Source of the DNA: Calditrichia bacterium
Lineage (GTDB): Bacteria; Calditrichota; Calditrichia; RBG-13-44-9; J075
Assembly (NCBI GenBank): GCA_050633245.1
Contig: JBOEGD010000024.1
Location: forward strand, 160,001-224,000
Direction: 5' to 3'
DNA: 64,000 nucleotides
Part shown: one piece after another, positions 9,131 to 17,527 of the stretch
Position numbering within the stretch: position 1 is the first letter of the stretch
How the letters are laid out: each line of letters opens with the position of its first letter
Program-made: the position numbers and the translations under genes
Notes under the pieces: generated by a model
Told to the model about the DNA's origin: nothing
What the model saw: the letters and a program-made list of their open reading frames with translations, nothing else
The model's database searches: none

Positions 9131-11581
9131 ATGAGCTTACGTTACTGTCTGCCAGCTTTATGTATACTTTTTGCAGTCTCGGGCTTTCTTTTTGCCCAGG
9201 GGTCCGGATCGGCGAATGTGCCACTTCTCGCCAATGTAGATCAATATTCTTCTGTCGGATATAATGATGTTTGGGGCTACACCGCACCTGATGGCCGCGA
9301 ATATGCGCTATTGGGTGTTCAAAATGGCACCAGCGTTATCGATATTACCGATACCAATATCCCGAATGAGATTGGCTTTATTCCAAGTGCCACGAGCCTT
9401 TGGAAAGATATCAAGACGTATCAGCATTATGCCTATGTGGTTAATGAAAGCAATGGTGGAATGCAAATTTTGGATTTGTCTGACCTGCCGAACTCGGTTT
9501 CGCTTGCTGCAACCTATACCGGATTCAGTACTTCTCACAATATTTTTATCGACGTTCCCAACGGTATTCTCTACGCTGAAGGAAGCGGGGGAGTTGTTGT
9601 GCGCATTTTGGATCTGGTCGATCCGCTAAGTCCGGTAGAAATTGCAAGTCTTGGAATTGAGTGTCATGATATTATGGTTTGGGATGATCTTCTGGTCGTT
9701 TCCGAGGGTGGTTCCGGATCCTTTGGTTTTTGGGATGTAGCCAATCCGGCAAGCCCGGCCTTTATTACGCGGGTGAATGTGCCTGCTGCTGGTTATTGCC
9801 ATAATGCCTGGATTTCCGAAGATGGCAACTACATGATGACCACTGAAGAAACCACGGGTAAAACTGTGAAAACCTGGGATATTTCCGATCTTGGTAATAT
9901 CACACTCACCGACGAGAATCTTGGCTCATCCGGTTTGGCGCATAATGCGCATATCAAAGGCAAATTCTCATACGTCTCGCATTATGCCGACGGCATGGAA
10001 ATTTATGACTTTACTGATCCAACCAATGTGGTTCGCGCCGGTTTTTATGATACCTTTCCCGGCGGTGGCGGTGGATTTAGCGGAAGCTGGGGCGCCTATC
10101 CTTTCTTTCAATCAGGTAAAGTGCTGATCTCCGACCAGTCCACTGGTCTTTATGTTGTTTATTTTGCTGGAGCGGCCGATCTAAAGCCTGCTGACCCAAC
10201 CGGGTTTACTGCCTACAGCGACTACAATACCCCAAATGGAATGACGCTTGAATGGGAAAACCCAACAAAGCTCATTACCGGAGATACCCTGACAGAAGAA
10301 TCTTTTTCTACTATTATATTGCGTAATGATGTCGAAATTGGCAGCGTGGTCGGAACGGCAAATAGCTATACTGATACTGGATTGAATGATGGACAAAAAT
10401 ATAATTATCAGATTTTGGCTCGCGTCGATTCTACCGGCTTTGAGAGTGAAATGGTCTTCACCAGTTGGACGGCCGGCGGTGCCAAAGAGCCGCAGCCTGC
10501 CACCCAGTTTAGCATTGCGGGCAACCAAACGGAAATAACCGTTTCCTGGACCAGTCCGTCTGCAAATATCGATGGCACGCCGATGGATGATTATGCCGGT
10601 ATTAATCTCTATCAAAATGACAACCTGGTTGCCACCTTTGCCCGTACCTCTGGGGATACAGCATCATCCGATCAGGAAACCTATTCTATCCCGACACCAG
10701 GATATTATGGTTGGAAGATAACGGTGATTGACGATGAGTCGCCACAGAATGAAAGTGTCGCTACGGAACTGGTTACTACACCGCTGGGACTGCCAATTGC
10801 TGATGATTTCGCCGTTGCAGGGCCGGTAAACTCGGGTCTTTGGTTGCCTACTACAGCCGACATCAATGTACGCGCAGCAAACCCTCCCAGCGGTATAACG
10901 GCGCTTAATCTGAACGGTGCACCGCATGGTGGCGAGACAGTAGAGCTTCGCGGAATTGATCTCTCAGGATCAATAGATCCGGTTTTCTCTTATTACTATC
11001 AACCACAGGGAACCGGTAATGCTCCGGAAGAAGGCGATAGTCTGATGGTTTATTTTAAAAACAGCGTGGATGATTGGGTTAAGGTGCGCGCTTATCCCGG
11101 CACAACCTCCCAACCGTTTCAATATGAGCAGATTGCCATTGCTTCTGAGCCCAGTGGTAATGGCACCTTCTTGCATGGACAGTTTCAGGTGCGCTTCCGC
11201 AACATTGCAGGAGCATCTGCAGTGCCGAACGATGACTGGTTTATCGATAACGTGATTATATCAGAAGCCGCTCTTGGAATTGATGATGATTTAAGCGAAA
11301 TCACCAGCTTTAAACTGATTGGAAACTATCCGAATCCGTTTAACCCGTCCACAACGATTCGTTATTCGCTGGCGCAGCAAGGTAATGTAACTTTGACAGT
11401 GTTTAATACGCTGGGACAACAAGTTCGCACGCTAGTGAGCACCTCGCAAAATGTCGGTAGCCATGAAACGGTTTGGAATGGTCTTGATGATGCCGGCCAG
11501 CAGGTTGGCAGCGGTGTCTATTTCTATCGTCTTGAAGCTGATAACTTTGTGCAAAGCCGTAAAATGATGCTGTTGAAATAG
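9131..11581 (+). CDS. Secreted choice-of-anchor B/LVIVD-repeat protein with FN3-like domains and FlgD/T9SS-like CTD
   Basis: Signal peptide; YNDVWGYTAPDGREYAL, WKDIKTY, SHNIFID, YCHNAW, SHYADG, GAYPFF; YTDTGLNDGQKYNY; NYPNPFNPSTTIRY...SGVYFYRL...RKMMLLK. Confidence 0.88.
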   Translation: MSLRYCLPALCILFAVSGFLFAQGSGSANVPLLANVDQYSSVGYNDVWGYTAPDGREYALLGVQNGTSVIDITDTNIPNEIGFIPSATSLWKDIKTYQHYAYVVNESNGGMQILDLSDLPNSVSLAATYTGFSTSHNIFIDVPNGILYAEGSGGVVVRILDLVDPLSPVEIASLGIECHDIMVWDDLLVVSEGGSGSFGFWDVANPASPAFITRVNVPAAGYCHNAWISEDGNYMMTTEETTGKTVKTWDISDLGNITLTDENLGSSGLAHNAHIKGKFSYVSHYADGMEIYDFTDPTNVVRAGFYDTFPGGGGGFSGSWGAYPFFQSGKVLISDQSTGLYVVYFAGAADLKPADPTGFTAYSDYNTPNGMTLEWENPTKLITGDTLTEESFSTIILRNDVEIGSVVGTANSYTDTGLNDGQKYNYQILARVDSTGFESEMVFTSWTAGGAKEPQPATQFSIAGNQTEITVSWTSPSANIDGTPMDDYAGINLYQNDNLVATFARTSGDTASSDQETYSIPTPGYYGWKITVIDDESPQNESVATELVTTPLGLPIADDFAVAGPVNSGLWLPTTADINVRAANPPSGITALNLNGAPHGGETVELRGIDLSGSIDPVFSYYYQPQGTGNAPEEGDSLMVYFKNSVDDWVKVRAYPGTTSQPFQYEQIAIASEPSGNGTFLHGQFQVRFRNIAGASAVPNDDWFIDNVIISEAALGIDDDLSEITSFKLIGNYPNPFNPSTTIRYSLAQQGNVTLTVFNTLGQQVRTLVSTSQNVGSHETVWNGLDDAGQQVGSGVYFYRLEADNFVQSRKMMLLK

Positions 11582-11585
11582 GGAA

Positions 11586-11614
11586 AAAGGAGCAGTTTTC
11601 AAAACTGCTCCTTT
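11586..11614 (+). terminator. Rho-independent terminator / palindromic repeat
   Basis: AAAGGAGCAGTTTT-C-AAAACTGCTCCTTT followed by CTTTTT. Confidence 0.8.
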
Positions 11615-11670
11615 CTTTTTATCCGTACCGCCCCTTATCTTTTTCTGAACACACACTCGGAGATTGCAGA

Positions 11671-14121
11671 ATGAAAACGACACGCACGTTGTTTTTTATC
11701 GCATTACTGATACTTGGTATTACACCCTTATTCTCGCAGGGATCCCCAAACGTTACATTGCTACAGCAGTTCAATCTGTATCCAAACAGCGGATATAGCG
11801 ACGTCTGGGGCTACACCGCGCCGGATGGCCGCGAATATGCCTTGCATGGTGTACGAACCGGAACCAGCATTATTGATATTTCCGATGATCAGGCCATGTA
11901 TGAAGTGACATTTATTCCAAACGCCACAAGCGATTGGAAAGATATTAAGGTTTATCAAGAGTATGCGTATGTGGTGAACGAGGAGACCGGTGGGATGGAG
12001 ATTATTGATCTGTCCAATTTGCCCAACTCTGCATCGGTCGTTGCAACCTACAATGGATTCAGCACATCGCATAACATTTTTATCGATGAGTCAAATGGAA
12101 TCCTCTATGCCGAAGGTGGAGGGGGAGGAGCGGTAAAGGTTCTCAGTTTGGCCAACCCGGAAAATCCGGTACAGATTGAAAGCTTTGCACCGGCCTGCCA
12201 CGATATCTTTGTTCAGGATAATATGATGGTCCTTTCAGAAGGAAATACCAATACCTTCAGCTTTTGGGATATGGCGAATCCGCTCGACCCGCAAGAGCTG
12301 CAGTCGTTAGTAGTTCCCAGCTCCGGGTATTGCCACAATGCCTGGTTGGATAAGTCTGGTGATTATCTGGTAACAACGGAAGAGACAACCGGGAACACCA
12401 TAAAGATTTGGGACGTCTCTGATTTAGGTAATATCACGCTGCTTGATGAGGTGCTCGGGCCAAATAATCTGGCTCACAATGCTTTTATTAAGGGTAGTTA
12501 TATTTATCTTTCTCACTATTCTGCCGGTCTGCGTATCTACGACATGACCGATCCATCAAACGTAACCGAGATCGGCTTTTATGATACCTATCCGAATAAT
12601 GGTGGTGGATTTAAAGGTGCCTGGGGGGCCTTCCCATTCTTCGCTTCGGGCAAGATTTTAATTAGCGATACTGAGAATGGCCTTTTTGTTGTTTACTTCG
12701 AGGGCGCAGTCGAAGGTGACCTACTGGATCCCGCTGCACCGCTAAACCTGTCCGCCTACAGCGATTACATAACTCCCGGAAGCGTGATGTTAGACTGGAA
12801 CGATCCCACCAGCCTGAATAATGGTAACCCGATAGACCCGACAGATTTCACAATCGACGTGCTACGCGATGGTAATTTTGTAAGCTCGGTTAACGGTGGT
12901 GTTGAAAACTACACCGACACTGGTGTCGCCGATGGCCAGAGCTACGTGTATTCAATTCTTGCGCGGGTCACTGCATCCGATAGCACCAGTCGAACGATAG
13001 CCACTACTGTTTACGCAGGTGGCGCGCCTGAACCCGCCGCCGCGAGCGTTATCGAACTGCAAGCCGGCTTCTTTCCCGGCGAGTTGGAGATGAGCTGGCA
13101 AAATTCTGCTGTGAATATTGATGGCACACCGATGGATGATTTTGCGGCAATAAATGTCTACGAAGACGGCACATTGCTGACCACCTTTAGCCGTTCAAGT
13201 GCCGATACCGGTGCAACAGACTCGGCCAGTTTCGCCGTCTCACCCGGAACACATAGCTACTACATTACGGTGCTGGATAATGAGACGCCACAAAATGAAA
13301 GTGTCGCCAGTAATCTTGTCACCTCGCCACTTGCCCTTCCATTCAATGATACTTTTGAGGGAGGTTTAAATACCAGCTTTTATGACAATCAGGGTGCAGA
13401 AGTAAATAACCTTGCATTAAACCCGCCTTCCGGAACGCTGGCGTTGAACTTAAACGGCACTGGTGGTGGTGATGTTATTGCCCTTCGTCCAGTAGATCTG
13501 AGTGGCGCTGAAGGCCAGGGATATTTAATTGAATTCTGGTATCAGCCGCAGGGAACGGGCGACGATCCTGAGTGGGATGAATATCTGCTGTTGGAATGCC
13601 GGAACGATGCCGGAAACTGGATTCCTGTTTATCAACGAACTGGGGAAGAGGTGAAACCGTTTGAGAAGGTTACTTTACAGATTGATAATTTACCCAACTC
13701 CGGCGGCACTCTATTTTATACCGATTTTCAAGTGCGTTTTCGTTCATTTAGTCTGAATCCGGGTGAAGTTGACGACTGGTTTATAGATGATTTTTATGTT
13801 GGTCCGAGCTTGACAGTAGGTGTTGAGCCAGATCTTCAACCACTAAAGTTTGAGCTTCTGGCAAACTACCCGAACCCGTTTAATCCGACTACGTCTATTC
13901 CTTATCGCGTGGCGGAAGCTGGTAAAGTAACGCTGATCATTTACAACTCGTTGGGACAGCACGTTCGGACGCTGGTGAATGCTACTCAGCAAAGCGGTTC
14001 ATATTCTGCCGTCTGGGATGGCCGTGATGACAGCGGTGAAGAAGTGGTAAGTGGAATCTATCTCTATCGCCTGCAGGAAAACTCCCAATCCCGCACTCGC
14101 AAGATGGTACTGCTGAAATAG
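11671..14121 (+). CDS. Second secreted choice-of-anchor B/LVIVD-repeat protein with FN3-like domains and FlgD/T9SS-like CTD (tandem paralog)
   Basis: Same architecture and length (816 aa) as 9131..11581; YSDVWGYTAPDGREYAL, YCHNAW, NYPNPFNP, RKMVLLK. Confidence 0.88.
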   Translation: MKTTRTLFFIALLILGITPLFSQGSPNVTLLQQFNLYPNSGYSDVWGYTAPDGREYALHGVRTGTSIIDISDDQAMYEVTFIPNATSDWKDIKVYQEYAYVVNEETGGMEIIDLSNLPNSASVVATYNGFSTSHNIFIDESNGILYAEGGGGGAVKVLSLANPENPVQIESFAPACHDIFVQDNMMVLSEGNTNTFSFWDMANPLDPQELQSLVVPSSGYCHNAWLDKSGDYLVTTEETTGNTIKIWDVSDLGNITLLDEVLGPNNLAHNAFIKGSYIYLSHYSAGLRIYDMTDPSNVTEIGFYDTYPNNGGGFKGAWGAFPFFASGKILISDTENGLFVVYFEGAVEGDLLDPAAPLNLSAYSDYITPGSVMLDWNDPTSLNNGNPIDPTDFTIDVLRDGNFVSSVNGGVENYTDTGVADGQSYVYSILARVTASDSTSRTIATTVYAGGAPEPAAASVIELQAGFFPGELEMSWQNSAVNIDGTPMDDFAAINVYEDGTLLTTFSRSSADTGATDSASFAVSPGTHSYYITVLDNETPQNESVASNLVTSPLALPFNDTFEGGLNTSFYDNQGAEVNNLALNPPSGTLALNLNGTGGGDVIALRPVDLSGAEGQGYLIEFWYQPQGTGDDPEWDEYLLLECRNDAGNWIPVYQRTGEEVKPFEKVTLQIDNLPNSGGTLFYTDFQVRFRSFSLNPGEVDDWFIDDFYVGPSLTVGVEPDLQPLKFELLANYPNPFNPTTSIPYRVAEAGKVTLIIYNSLGQHVRTLVNATQQSGSYSAVWDGRDDSGEEVVSGIYLYRLQENSQSRTRKMVLLK

Positions 14122-14122
14122 T

Positions 14123-15001
14123 ATGAAGTGTATTCTTTTGTTCTCAGACAAGTCTTCCGGCTCCAGCGCTTTGCAAAGAGCGCTGGTTAAACATCCCGAC
14201 TTAAACACCGTTAAAAAAACGCGTCATTTTTACTCCGAAACCTTGTATTGGAATAAAGCTGTAGCTGTTCTTGGACTCGACCAGGCCGAGATGGAATATA
14301 GTGAACTTCCGATGGCGCGAAAAAAAGCAAGAGAAGATATTGTTGCACTTTTAAATGACAACCTACCTGTTTACGAAACACCTTCAGACGATCAGGTATT
14401 AATTCTTGACGGTTGGCAAAAGCTATGTGAACAGTTTGCGCCCATATTTTTTGAGAAATCACCACACCATCTGCACTATCGGTCGGGGCTCGACCTCATT
14501 CTGAAGTTCGACCAGCAGCATCCCGACATAGAGTTTCGCTATATTGGATTGGTACGCAATCCTATTGATGCACTATACTCAATGTGGCAGCGCTGGTCTG
14601 CAGTCCCGGAGCGCCGGCAATTTGAATGGTTACGCGCGCATCAAAATTTGCAGTATTTAGGCGAAAGAGCAGGAGAGAAGCTGTTAACCATTCGCTATGA
14701 AGATATTACTGCCGGGCCTGAAAGTATGAAGCAAATTTGTAAGTTTATAGGTGTCGAGTGGTCCCCGGAAATAGGTTCTGACCTTCATCGCAAATCTGTG
14801 CAAAAATGGCGAAGTGATAAGACTTTCGGCTTCCAACCGGATGATGACGTACTGGCAATGGCAAGGTCTCTTGGCTATCGCGAGGCTGAAATGAAAACGA
14901 CCCATTCATTTATATGGCCAATTATTCGTAACTTAAACGAGTTGAATTTTCGTTTTGCCAGCGGGTTTAAGCAAATCAAGCAGCAGATTCGCGGTCGTTG
15001 A
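14123..15001 (+). CDS. PAPS-dependent sulfotransferase family protein
   Basis: 5'-PSB-like KSSGSSAL, FFEKSP, 3'-PB-like LVRNPIDALYS, IRYEDI...ICKFIG. Confidence 0.85.
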   Translation: MKCILLFSDKSSGSSALQRALVKHPDLNTVKKTRHFYSETLYWNKAVAVLGLDQAEMEYSELPMARKKAREDIVALLNDNLPVYETPSDDQVLILDGWQKLCEQFAPIFFEKSPHHLHYRSGLDLILKFDQQHPDIEFRYIGLVRNPIDALYSMWQRWSAVPERRQFEWLRAHQNLQYLGERAGEKLLTIRYEDITAGPESMKQICKFIGVEWSPEIGSDLHRKSVQKWRSDKTFGFQPDDDVLAMARSLGYREAEMKTTHSFIWPIIRNLNELNFRFASGFKQIKQQIRGR

Positions 15002-15130
15002 GCAGCAAGAATAAAGGGACAAGCTACGCGTGAACAAGAATTGCTTGCAGCATTAGATAAAACACTAGACAATTTAAATAAGTCCAAATAGATTGAAACT
15101 TGGCTGCTGAATAAAGATACAGGTGTAACT

Positions 15131-16675
15131 ATGCGTGCTTTTAAAACATTTTTGATTGTCAAACTCCTGATAGTCTCTCTGGGGCTTTCAACAGCCCTCT
15201 ACTCGCAAGATGTCGAATTGGACTCTCTGGATGCCTATATCAGTCGCAGCATGCAGGAATGGCAGGTTCCCGGTGTTGCCGTAGCGATTATTCATAAGGA
15301 TACCCTGCGCTTTGCCAAAGGTTTTGGTATTAGAGCGATTGGCAAAAAGGGTGACGTGAATGATCATACGCTCTTTGCTGTGGCATCAAATAGCAAGGCA
15401 TTTACCGCCACGCTGCTGGGAATGCTCGTCGACCAGGGACGATTGCGCTGGGATGATCGAGTTGTGGATTATCTGCCAGACTTCCAGCTTTATGATTCCT
15501 ATGTTTCCCGGGAAATTCGCATTGCCGATCTGCTGTCCCATCGTGGCGGACTACCGGTATTTGGCGGAGATCATCTGTGGATAGGCGCTCCAAAGAATAC
15601 GCGTGAAGACATTGTTCGCCGTATGCGCTATCTCGAACCGACTGCTCCTTTTCGCATGCGTTATCAATACAACAATCTGATGTTCCTGGTTGCCGGACAA
15701 GTTTACACGGCGATCACCGGAGACAACTGGGAAGATGCTGTAGAAGCAAAGATTTTTGAGCCAATTGGTATGACGGAAAGCAAAACGAACGTCATGACTA
15801 TTCAGGATTATCCAAATATGGCTCGCCCGCATGAGAAAGTGCAGGATAAAGTTCAAATGGTCGCATTCGACGATGTCGATAATGTGGCACCTGCTGCTGC
15901 TGTGGTTTCCAATGTACTGGATATGGTTGAGTGGATGCGGTTTAACATGAACGGTGGCATGGTTGGGGAAACCCGTCTGGTCAGTGAAAAAGTGATGCGA
16001 CAAATGCATGCAATGCACACGCCGATTCCGGTATCTAAATCGCTGGAAGAATTGCTTGGAACACAGTTTCTGGGATATGGACTCGGCTGGGTTGTTGCCG
16101 ATTACAAGGGACGAAAAACCATGGGGCATAGCGGTGGCCTGTCTGGAATGATTTCTCTTCAAACAATGATTCCTTCTGAGCAGCTTGGTGTGATTGTTTT
16201 AACGAATTATGCACCGGGTAGACTTATTCGGGCAATAACCTACAGGATTCTCGATGCCTATCTTGGTGTGAAGGATGAAACGGACTGGAGTCGCGTTTAT
16301 CTCGAGCGTAAGCAAAAGTCCGAGGAGACTCGGATGGAACGGGAGAAGGATTTGCAGCGTAAGAGGATCAAGAAAACGAAGCCGTCTCTAAAGGCGAAAG
16401 ATTATTTTGGAGTGTATTCATCCTCACTGTCCGGTGATGCTTCGATTCGATCTATGGACGGCAAGCTATGGTTCTATTACAACGAGCGACATACCGGCTG
16501 GCTGGAACATTGGCATCATGACGTCTATCGTGTTCACTGGCAGAATCCAATCTTTGATATGCCAAATAAAAGTTTTCTGCAGTTTTTTCTGAATACTGAA
16601 GGACGTGTTAGTCATTTGGAAGTGACTTTTTATGATCCACAAACGTTTTACTATAAAACGGCTACAGAAGAATAG
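15131..16675 (+). CDS. Secreted serine hydrolase, beta-lactamase/AmpC-like family, with DUF3471-like C-terminus
   Basis: Signal peptide; SxxK (ASNSKAFT), LLSHRGG, YxN (YNN), HSGG; C-terminal LEHWHHDVY. Confidence 0.9.
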   Translation: MRAFKTFLIVKLLIVSLGLSTALYSQDVELDSLDAYISRSMQEWQVPGVAVAIIHKDTLRFAKGFGIRAIGKKGDVNDHTLFAVASNSKAFTATLLGMLVDQGRLRWDDRVVDYLPDFQLYDSYVSREIRIADLLSHRGGLPVFGGDHLWIGAPKNTREDIVRRMRYLEPTAPFRMRYQYNNLMFLVAGQVYTAITGDNWEDAVEAKIFEPIGMTESKTNVMTIQDYPNMARPHEKVQDKVQMVAFDDVDNVAPAAAVVSNVLDMVEWMRFNMNGGMVGETRLVSEKVMRQMHAMHTPIPVSKSLEELLGTQFLGYGLGWVVADYKGRKTMGHSGGLSGMISLQTMIPSEQLGVIVLTNYAPGRLIRAITYRILDAYLGVKDETDWSRVYLERKQKSEETRMEREKDLQRKRIKKTKPSLKAKDYFGVYSSSLSGDASIRSMDGKLWFYYNERHTGWLEHWHHDVYRVHWQNPIFDMPNKSFLQFFLNTEGRVSHLEVTFYDPQTFYYKTATEE

Positions 16676-16687
16676 AAAGTCAGGAGT

Positions 16688-16743
16688 CAATGTCCAATGT
16701 CCAATGTCCAATGTCCAATGGTCAATTGTCAATTGTCAATTCA
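16688..16743. repeat. Heptanucleotide tandem repeat (8 units)
   Basis: (CAATGTC)x4 CAATGGT (CAATTGT)x2 CAATTCA read directly from the sequence. Confidence 0.9.
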
Positions 16744-16774
16744 TTCATCAATCATCCATCATAAATAGAGTCCT

Positions 16775-17398
16775 ATGATCCACGTATCGATAATTGAAGA
16801 CGACGATGATATTCGTGACAGCCTGGCGATTATCATAAATGGCGCACCGGACTACTGCTGCTCGGGAAGCTATAGCAATGCGGAGTCTGCTCTGGAAAGT
16901 ATGGTTGAACTTCAACCGGATGTCGTACTGATGGATATTGAGCTGCCGGGAATGAATGGTATTGAGTGCGTAAAAATTTTGCGCGAACGAGCCCCGGATT
17001 CTGATATTCTGATGCTCACGGTTCACGAAGATGATGATGTAGTCTTTGAAAGTTTATGTGCCGGTGCCTGTGGTTATCTTACTAAAAATACACCGCCGGT
17101 AAAATTGCTGGAAGCCATTCGCGAAGTGTATGAAGGTGGCGCCCCGATGAGCACCAATATTGCCCGCATGGTTATCAGCTCGTTTAAAAAAGACGTTGGT
17201 CATGGTCTCAGTGAACGCGAACGCGAAGTGTTAGCACTTCTTTGTAAAGGTAAGAGCTATAAAATGATTGCTGATGATCTCTGCATTTCCTCCAATACCG
17301 TGCGCTCGCACATCAAGAGTATCTATAGAAAGCTGGAAGTTACGTCCAGTTCCCAAGCTGTTGCTCGGGCCATCCGAGACAATCTTATTCGTCCCTAA
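16775..17398 (+). CDS. NarL/LuxR-family response regulator
   Basis: IIEDD, PDVVLMDIELPGMNG, GACGYLTK; LSEREREVLALLCKGKSYKMIADDLCISSNTVRSHIKSIYRKL. Confidence 0.96.
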   Translation: MIHVSIIEDDDDIRDSLAIIINGAPDYCCSGSYSNAESALESMVELQPDVVLMDIELPGMNGIECVKILRERAPDSDILMLTVHEDDDVVFESLCAGACGYLTKNTPPVKLLEAIREVYEGGAPMSTNIARMVISSFKKDVGHGLSEREREVLALLCKGKSYKMIADDLCISSNTVRSHIKSIYRKLEVTSSSQAVARAIRDNLIRP

Positions 17399-17469
17399 GC
17401 CGTCATTTACACTTCTTCCTTTTTTCACATGATTGGGTTATAGAAGTTCCCTCCAGCTTGAGCTAACTT

Positions 17470-17497
17470 TTCAATGTTCAAAGTTCAAAGTTCAAAG
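17470..17497. repeat. Heptanucleotide tandem repeat (4 units)
   Basis: TTCAATG (TTCAAAG)x3. Confidence 0.85.
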
Positions 17498-17527
17498 TTC
17501 TGACTTCTTTAAACCGGAGGGATTTCC

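Noticed and set aside
15551-16162. 203-aa minus-strand ORF and similar antisense ORFs throughout
   Set aside because: They are shadows of well-supported plus-strand genes.
15131-16675. True beta-lactam resistance gene
   Set aside because: The HSGG motif and DUF3471-like tail fit the broad serine hydrolase/peptidase group; substrate cannot be inferred.
16688-16743. CRISPR array
   Set aside because: 7-bp units with no spacers and no cas genes.
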